From: Eledone cirrhosa
Lineage: Eukaryota
DNA: 64,000 nucleotides
Assembly (NCBI GenBank): GCA_964016885.1
Contig: OZ024741.1
Coordinates: 58,218,001 to 58,282,000 of the forward strand
Direction: 5' to 3'
The first letter of the stretch is position 1, and each line of letters begins with the position of its first letter. Both the position numbers and the translations under genes were made by a program. The notes under the pieces were generated by a model, which saw nothing but the letters and a program-made list of their open reading frames with translations, did not search any database and was not told where the DNA came from. Below are positions 56,788 through 64,000 of the stretch, piece by piece.

Positions 56788-57729
56788 ACAGGCTTCTGCA
56801 GTCTCTATCTACCAAATTTCACAAACGACTGAAAAAAATGGATGTAATAAGATGATGACGATGAAGAGCCTGAAGCTATAGGAAAAGACTTTTGTGTATG
56901 GTGCCATGCAGTGAGAGTGAACTTAGAACCACATGGCTGCCAAGCAAACTCTTTAACCACATACCAATGCCTGCGCTTTCTAAATATTTCTAAATAATTA
57001 AATGTTTTTTTGTATCACATGCTTTTAAAATGAAATTATTTTATCATATACACGACACATTAGGTATATTTTGTTTGCAAGGATGAAAAGTTCACTACAA
57101 ACTCAAGTTGGATTTTTTTTTAATCCATCACCCATTTTATTTTTAATCAATAAATATGAGACTATCCTTATTAGTACCCTCCTGGTGGAGCAACTTTTGA
57201 ATATAGAAGACATTTCATCAATTTATTAACACTTCAAAAATAAATATACATAAATAAATAAAAAAATACATAATCACCAGGGAGGACATTTTTATATTCA
57301 AGTTGTCATTAAGGCAAGTTTCCAGATTGTAATTTTCATTGAAGGCTAAGGAAATTTGTAGCACAGTGGTCTGGATAACCAAAGATGTGGATTCAACTCC
57401 CATGTACATCAATACTCCTATTTTTCCATTTCTTAGAGGGTTCTAAACCCCACTATCAGGCTAAAATTTCTTTAGCCAAAAATAAAGTGAAACCTTCTAT
57501 TTTGATTTTCAAACTCGCGTGCTATTTCAAAACAAACTTACTTTTAGGAATATATTTTTTATCAAAAACCTTAAAGCTGAAGATAATTTTTAGATGCTAA
57601 ATATGACTATTCCATTTCGTAGATATAAGTGTTTTTCCTTATTTCAAGATATACACACAGAGAAAAGTTTGTGATAGCACTAACATGGTGTGATTCAGAA
57701 TAAAGTTGTATTACAAACCCATAAACATT

Positions 57730-57914
57730 GTGGATTGGCAGTATCGGTAGAGGGTCGGACGCCATGCTTTCCAGCATAGTTACGTCCCTTTACGATCTGA
57801 GTTCAAATCCCGCCGAGGTTGACTTTGCCTTTCATCCTTACGGGGTCGATAAAATAAAGTACCAGTAATGCGCTGGGTAATTGCTGGCCTTGTGCCTAAA
57901 GTAGAAACAATTAT
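57730..57914 (+). mobile_element. tRNA-derived SINE
   Basis: A box 'tggcagtatcgg', B box 'gagttcaaatccc', body 'gactttgcctttcatccttacggggtcgataaaataaagtaccag', tail 'ccttgtgcctaaagtagaaac'. Confidence 0.8.
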
Positions 57915-58569
57915 GTTTATGGGTAATAAACATAGAGGTATCTTCAAAACAAGATGGTCGGATAATATCCACAAGTTCAATTGGTCTTGTTCGGGGATCC
58001 AGCCAGATCAATTGGAGACAGTTGTTTCAGATAGGACACTCTGGAAGGTGTGTCTGAGGACTACCCTCACGACTCTCCCAGAAATAAGTGGGCAAAGAAG
58101 AAATATGCAGTAAATCTCGGTGTATTTTTTTTTTTCTTTTAGTTCTATTACTAATTAACTCTTTTGATATCAAATCATTCAAACTTGGCTTTGTTTGATG
58201 AAACAAACCACCCATTTTAAGAGGTCCCTATTTTAAATTAAAATCTTCCAGCATAATTTTATCTTAATACTTTTATCTTAATAATGAAATAATTTTAGTC
58301 GATCCCTCCAAATTCTTCATTAATTGAAATACAGGATTTTAGAAATATGGAATTGAAAATGAAGCTAGCTTGAAATATATATAAATAAGCTTTCAATAAA
58401 AATAGTTTGTTTACAAAATCTACAAGTGCTGAGGAAAAGTAACATAAGTGAAATAAATGAATCTACCACTCTTATTGTGATGCTGAGGTAAAATACCCAC
58501 AGCAACACTATAAGTATGGTTATCTGACATAAACATATTGTATGTGGGTCCATATTCAGTTTTATTATG

Positions 58570-58928
58570 TGAGGTACCGGTAGAGCATCGGACAACATGC
58601 TTCACAGCGTATAGTTACAGCACTTTACGTTCTGATTTCAAATCCCACTGAGGTTAGCTTTGCCTTTTATCCTTAGTGTCAATAGTACACTGCGGTCGAT
58701 TTAATCGACTTAGCGGATTGGCAATATCGATAGGGCACCGGACAACATGCTTCGTGGCATAGAGTTATGGCCTTTTACGTTCTGATTTCAAATCCCACTG
58801 AGGTTAGCTTTGCCTTTCATCCTTACAGGGTCGATAAAATAAAGTACCAGTAACACACTGGGGTCAATTTAATCGACTTTGCCCTCCCCCAAAATTGTTC
58901 GCTTTGTGCCTAAAGCAGAAACGATTAT
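58570..58928 (+). mobile_element. Two tandem copies of the same SINE (first partial, second complete)
   Basis: Duplicated 'ggacaacatgcttc...tttacgttctgatttcaaatcccactgaggttagctttgcc'. Related copies at 36768-36850 and 48170-48395. Confidence 0.8.
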
Positions 58929-59622
58929 GTGATATGATCACAGCTTAAAATACTCACAGCAAGACTATATGTATGTTTATTATATACATACAAATATCTT
59001 GATAGTACATAATATTAGGAATGGAAAAGAAAATGAGAGAGACAGAGAGAATGACAAAGAGAGAACGAGAAACAGAGAAAGGGAATGACAGAATAAAACA
59101 AAAAAGAGAAATGGAACAAGAGGAAGAAAATATCAGCAGTATCAATATCAGTTCATGAAGTGATTCTAAAAGAACAATTTAAAAAACAAATAATATTAAA
59201 AAGCAAATGTTTTTTCCAGTGTAATCTAGGAGGTAATAATATAAAAATTATAAATCATTTGTACATATTGGCTTACAAATGGACATCATAAATTTAAAGT
59301 TGAAAAGCATTGATTGTTCACATATATTGAAAAATGATACACACACATTCACATACATATATATTTATATATGTATATACATATATATACATACATATAC
59401 ATTTAGAAAACTTGTGGAAAACTTATAATGAAACAATTGTTTGGAAAAGGAGATATATTTTAATTATGTCTCATATAAAATAATACAACTGGGCTTCTGC
59501 AAAATACATATAGTTAGCACCCCAAACGTAAAATTGGGATTATACTAGGGTGTATCCTAATGTTTGTTGAGTGAGATGGAAGCCAGTCAGAGTATAGCTT
59601 AAGGCTTTCTCTGTTAATGTAT

Positions 59623-60016
59623 TGAATATATATATATATATATATACATACATATATATTTATATTATATATATATATACATACATATATATTTATATTA
59701 TATATATATATACATACATATATATTTATATTATATTATATATATACATATATATATATTTATATTATATATATATATACATACATATATATTTATATTA
59801 TATTATATATATACATATATATATATTTATAATATATATATACATATATATATATTTATATTATATATATACATATATACATACATATATATTATATATA
59901 TATATACATATATATATATTTATATTATATATATATATACATATATATTTATATTATATATATATATACATATATATTTATATTATATATATATACATAT
60001 ATATTTATATATATAC
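59623..60016. repeat. TA-rich array with the TTTATATTATATATATATACATA variant unit
   Basis: Directly visible; the same variant recurs at 62679-63012. Confidence 0.95.
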
Positions 60017-62586
60017 AAACAGCCTGCCACCAGGTTCTTCTGCCTCAACCTCTGACAGGGAAGCAGTGGAATCGCTTCTTGACTTCATGGATGATTTCTT
60101 CCTATCCCAACTGGTGCTCGAACCAACGAGGTGCCACAAAAACGTCCTAGACTTAATTTTCAGCAATCACACTGACAATATCCACAATATTGCAGTGGAG
60201 AAAACTCTACTCTCTGATCATGACATGGTTCTCTGTGATCTGAGATTCCACCGTCCAATATACAAACCCAATGTCATCTCTCCTGTCCATCCGTTTGACG
60301 CTATGGATTTCCACAATGCAAACTGGGAAGCGATCAGTCATGATCTTGCACATGTCGACTGGTCCTTCACGCACACTCATACACCCACTAACATCAAAAA
60401 GTCCTGGCAGACATTTGTGGACACTGTTACAAACATATGTGCAAAACACACCCCATTAAGAACTATAAACAAATCTAAGAGCAGAATCCCTAGAAATAGA
60501 AAAACGCTCATCAGGAAAATTAAGAGAACGAACAAAAAAATCAACAAGCTGAAATACTGTCAGCAGCAACACATCAACTTGACTGCCATTTCATCACTAG
60601 AGATTAAAAAACATAACCTCCAAAACAACATGATGTCTATCATCAACAATCAGAGAAGAGCTGAAGAGGCCTGGGCCATTGAGAAGATCAAACTCAATCC
60701 CAAAGTGTTCTTTTCATTTGCAAAAAAACACAAAATCACTGGCTCTACTGTTGGCCCTCTAATTGATGAAAATGGCACTCTTCAAGACAATGCTGAAACC
60801 ATGGGTGAGATACTGCAGAAACAATACTGCTCTGTTTTCAGCAATCCTGATATGGCCGATCTGGGCTGTATCGGCGATGTTACTCCCCATTACACCTTAT
60901 CGGACATAACATTTGGCGCCCCTAATGTCTTAGCGGCAATAAAGGAAATCAAGCATAATTCAGCAGTAGGTTCCGATAGGTTCCCTGCTTGTGTCTTGAA
61001 GGCGTGTCAACACCAACTTGCATCTCCTCTTGCCAATCTGTGGCGGAACTCACTGGATGCTGGATATGTGCCAGAAAACCTTCTATCCCAGTCTGTTGTC
61101 CCAGTTTTCAAAAAAGGAAACAAATCCCTTGCCGTGAATTACCGTCCAATCTCACTCACTTCTCATATCATTAAGGTATTTGAGAGAGTGGTGAGATCGC
61201 GAATGACCCACTTCCTTGAGAGTAACAATATGCTGAACTCCAACCAGCATGGATTCCGTAATAGAAGGGATTGCATGACGCAGCTACTGCATCACTTTGA
61301 TGACATTTTGAGAGCCTTGGGAGAGGGTTCCAACACTGATGTTATCTACCTTGATTTCAGCAAGGCCTTTGACAGGGTTGATCACAACATTCTACTAAGA
61401 AAGCTGTCCAATATTGGTGTCACTGGAAAGCTGCTGCAGTGGATCAAGAGCTTCCTGTCAAACAGAACCCAACATGTTGTAGTTGAAGGAGTCAAATCCA
61501 GCCCAGCCAAAGTCAGTAGTGGGGTCTCACAAGGCACTGTGTTGGGCCCACTTCTCTTCATCATCTATATTAATGACATCACTAACATCATCAAACACAG
61601 CAACATTAAAATTTTTGCTGATGATTCCAAGCGCCAAAAGGTCATCAATGGCGTGGATGACCGGATAAGCCTTCAGTCAGACCTACTGGCTGTTACCCAA
61701 TGGGCGGAAAAGAACAACATGTTACTGAACGAAGACAAATTCGAACTGATCCACTTTGGAAAAGAGGATGCTCTGAAACTCCTGTACTCCCTTCCCTCCA
61801 GTGAAACTCTCGTGGCATCTAACAACATCAGAGACTTGGGAGTAACCGTGGACAGCAACATAAGCTGGGCCACGTATATAAGCAGCAAAGTTGACATGGC
61901 CCGCAGAATGTGTTCCTGGATCCTCAGAACCTTCCAGTCGAGAGATTCCCACACCATTATCCTTCTCTTCTCTACTTTTGCCCGACCACACCTTGAATAC
62001 TGTTGTCCACTGTGGTCTCCCCACACGAAACAAAGTATCATGAAACTTGAAGCTCCTCAAAGGGCAATCACGAAAAAGATAGATGGCATGTCAGACCTTG
62101 ACTACTGGGGTCGACTAGAAAAGCTGAAACTTTACTCACTCCAACGTCGCCGTGAGCGTTATATTATCTGCATGATGTGGAAAATGTTCCATCATCACTG
62201 CCCAAATGATGTTGGCATCGCCTTCAAAATACACCCAAGGCGTGGGCCCCGTGCTATCCGTCCCAAACAAAAATCTAAATCGCAACTCATAACAACAATA
62301 CGGCACAATTATTTCACCTCAATTGGCCCTGCTCTCTTCAACATCACACCAGGTCACGTCAAAACAGAAACTGACCACACAAAATTCAAGAAGTCTTTCG
62401 ACAAATTCCTCCAAGTAATCCCGGACAAACCACCCACACCGGGATATGTCTCCGCAAACAGTAATTCTCTTCTCGAATGGGCCATGGTGCCCAAATCCTG
62501 AATTGAAAGACTTCGCCAGGTGGTGCTATTAAGTTAGACATGGCCTGGGCCAATAATGGCCAAAACATTTCAAAGTAATTCAAAGT
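60017..62586 (+). mobile_element. CR1-like non-LTR retrotransposon, 5'-truncated in the APE domain, with a short tandem tail (TTCAAAGTAA)
   Basis: APE end 'QLVLEPTR...LDLIFSN...SDHDMV'; RT 'NYRPISLTS', 'YLDFSKAFDRVDH', 'SGVSQGTVLGPLLF', 'IFADD'; C-terminus 'RPHLEYC..LWSP', 'LKLYSLQRRR'. Confidence 0.93.
60018..62501 (+). CDS. ORF2 fragment (endonuclease C-terminus + reverse transcriptase), ~830 codons without stops, no native start
   Basis: Track ORF 59622-62501; its first ~130 aa are microsatellite read-through. Confidence 0.8.
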   Translation, partial: NSLPPGSSASTSDREAVESLLDFMDDFFLSQLVLEPTRCHKNVLDLIFSNHTDNIHNIAVEKTLLSDHDMVLCDLRFHRPIYKPNVISPVHPFDAMDFHNANWEAISHDLAHVDWSFTHTHTPTNIKKSWQTFVDTVTNICAKHTPLRTINKSKSRIPRNRKTLIRKIKRTNKKINKLKYCQQQHINLTAISSLEIKKHNLQNNMMSIINNQRRAEEAWAIEKIKLNPKVFFSFAKKHKITGSTVGPLIDENGTLQDNAETMGEILQKQYCSVFSNPDMADLGCIGDVTPHYTLSDITFGAPNVLAAIKEIKHNSAVGSDRFPACVLKACQHQLASPLANLWRNSLDAGYVPENLLSQSVVPVFKKGNKSLAVNYRPISLTSHIIKVFERVVRSRMTHFLESNNMLNSNQHGFRNRRDCMTQLLHHFDDILRALGEGSNTDVIYLDFSKAFDRVDHNILLRKLSNIGVTGKLLQWIKSFLSNRTQHVVVEGVKSSPAKVSSGVSQGTVLGPLLFIIYINDITNIIKHSNIKIFADDSKRQKVINGVDDRISLQSDLLAVTQWAEKNNMLLNEDKFELIHFGKEDALKLLYSLPSSETLVASNNIRDLGVTVDSNISWATYISSKVDMARRMCSWILRTFQSRDSHTIILLFSTFARPHLEYCCPLWSPHTKQSIMKLEAPQRAITKKIDGMSDLDYWGRLEKLKLYSLQRRRERYIICMMWKMFHHHCPNDVGIAFKIHPRRGPRAIRPKQKSKSQLITTIRHNYFTSIGPALFNITPGHVKTETDHTKFKKSFDKFLQVIPDKPPTPGYVSANSNSLLEWAMVPKS

Positions 62587-62596
62587 TACATATATA

Positions 62597-62678
62597 TCAT
62601 CATCATCATCATCAACGTTTAACGTCCGTGTTCCACGCTTGCATGGGTTTGGACGGGGGTAGTCCCACTTGAGGCAAG
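62597..62678 (-). mobile_element. 80-bp 3' end of the young RTE family
   Basis: Reverse complement of ~15598-15678. Confidence 0.9.
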
Positions 62679-62696
62679 TATATATACATATATATT

Positions 62697-62739
<43 letters not shown>

Positions 62740-62782
62740 TATTTATATTATATATATATATATATATATATACATATATATT

Positions 62783-62826
<44 letters not shown>

Positions 62827-63012
62827 TATATATATACATATATATTTATATTATATACATATATATATATTGATATTATATATATACATATATATATATT
62901 GATATTATATATATACATATATATATTTATATTACATATATATACATATATATATTTATATTATATATATATACATATATATATTATATATATATATACA
63001 TATATATACATA

Positions 63013-64000
63013 TAGCTTTCGTCGACTTGGAGAAAGCCTTCGACAGAGTCCCCCGTTCCATTATCTGGTGGTCTCTTAGAAAACTAGGTGTTGACGAATG
63101 GCTTGTGAGAGCTATACAAGCCATGTATAAAGAAACAGTCAGTAAGGTTAGAATTAACAACGAATATAGTGAAGAGTTTAGCGTAAAAGTTGGTGTCCAT
63201 CAGGGCTCTGTTCTTAGCCCCCTACTATTTATTATTGCCCTTCAGGCTATAACAGAGGAGTTCAAGACCGGCTGCCCATGGGAACTCCTATACGCAGATG
63301 ATCTAACGCTCATAGCTGAATCAATGACCGAACTAGAGAAGAAATTCCAAACATGGAAGCACGGCCTAGAATCAAAAGGCCTTAAAATTAACCTGGCTAA
63401 GACTAAAGTTCTAGTTTGTAGGAAAGAAAATAAGGCGGCGGTCCCATCTGGGAAATGGCCATGCTCAGTGTGTAGGAAAGGCGTAGGTAGAAACTCCATT
63501 TTATGTCCCAAATGCAAAGTATGGGTGCATAAAAGATGTAGTGGGATCACAGGTAAGCTAACTAAGAACATAGATTTTACATGTGGCCGGTGCTCTGGTG
63601 CAATAAGTAGCAGCAAGTGCCCACAAAATACTAGCTCCTTCAACTGCGCAGAGGGTTCTATAGCAATAGTGGACAGCTTCCGTTACCTGGGTGACAAAAT
63701 CAGCAGTAGGGGAGGGTGCTCTGAAAGTACAGTAGCTAGAGTCAGAACTGGATGGAAAAAGTTCAGAGAGCTTATACCACTATTAGCCGCTAGAGGGTTC
63801 TCCCTAAAAATGAAAGGCAGGTTATACGATGCCTGTATACGAACAGCAATGCTGCATGGCAGTGAGACCTGGGCATTGTGTGCAGAGGATATACGCAGAC
63901 TAGAGAGGAACGAAGCTTGCATGCTCCGCTGGATGTGCAATAGTAATATACATGAACGGCAAAGCATAAACGAACTAAGGAAAAAATTAGAAATAAGAGG
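63013..64000 (+). mobile_element. RTE LINE (young family), 5'-truncated in RT, running off the window
   Basis: Highly similar to 14282-15269 ('AFVDLEKAFDRVP...YADDL...WPCSVC'). Confidence 0.95.

Noticed and set aside
57730-58928. tRNA genes
   Set aside because: A/B boxes are present, but there is no cloverleaf and they continue into a SINE body.

Overview
AT-rich eukaryotic (animal) DNA made almost entirely of microsatellites and transposable elements. The repeat content ((TA)n/(TACA)n arrays, RTE LINEs with (GAT)n tails, RTE-tailed tRNA-type SINEs) is most consistent with an octopod cephalopod; this is an inference. No host protein-coding gene could be supported, and most long ORFs in the track (IY/MY/VC repeats, Met-Val repeats) are microsatellite artefacts. 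Elements recognised: five RTE-clade LINE copies or large fragments (one near full length, 12.3-15.7 kb), a degenerate Penelope-like element (PLE; RT plus GIY-YIG, Neptune-type) with an inverted 5' pLTR, a related non-autonomous inverted-pLTR element with a 12-bp TSD, a 5'-truncated CR1-like LINE with an uninterrupted ~830-codon frame, an old CRE-type (RLE endonuclease) relic, two non-autonomous Helitrons, piggyBac- and pogo-like MITEs, many SINEs, minisatellites and a 200-N gap. The most notable hidden layer is structured RNA: at least seven minimal hammerhead-ribozyme motifs in about four sequence families, a PLE inversion junction that falls exactly on ribozyme stem II, possible HDV-like ribozyme halves at RTE 5' ends, and several long palindromes. 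All structures were read by eye; no search or folding program was run.
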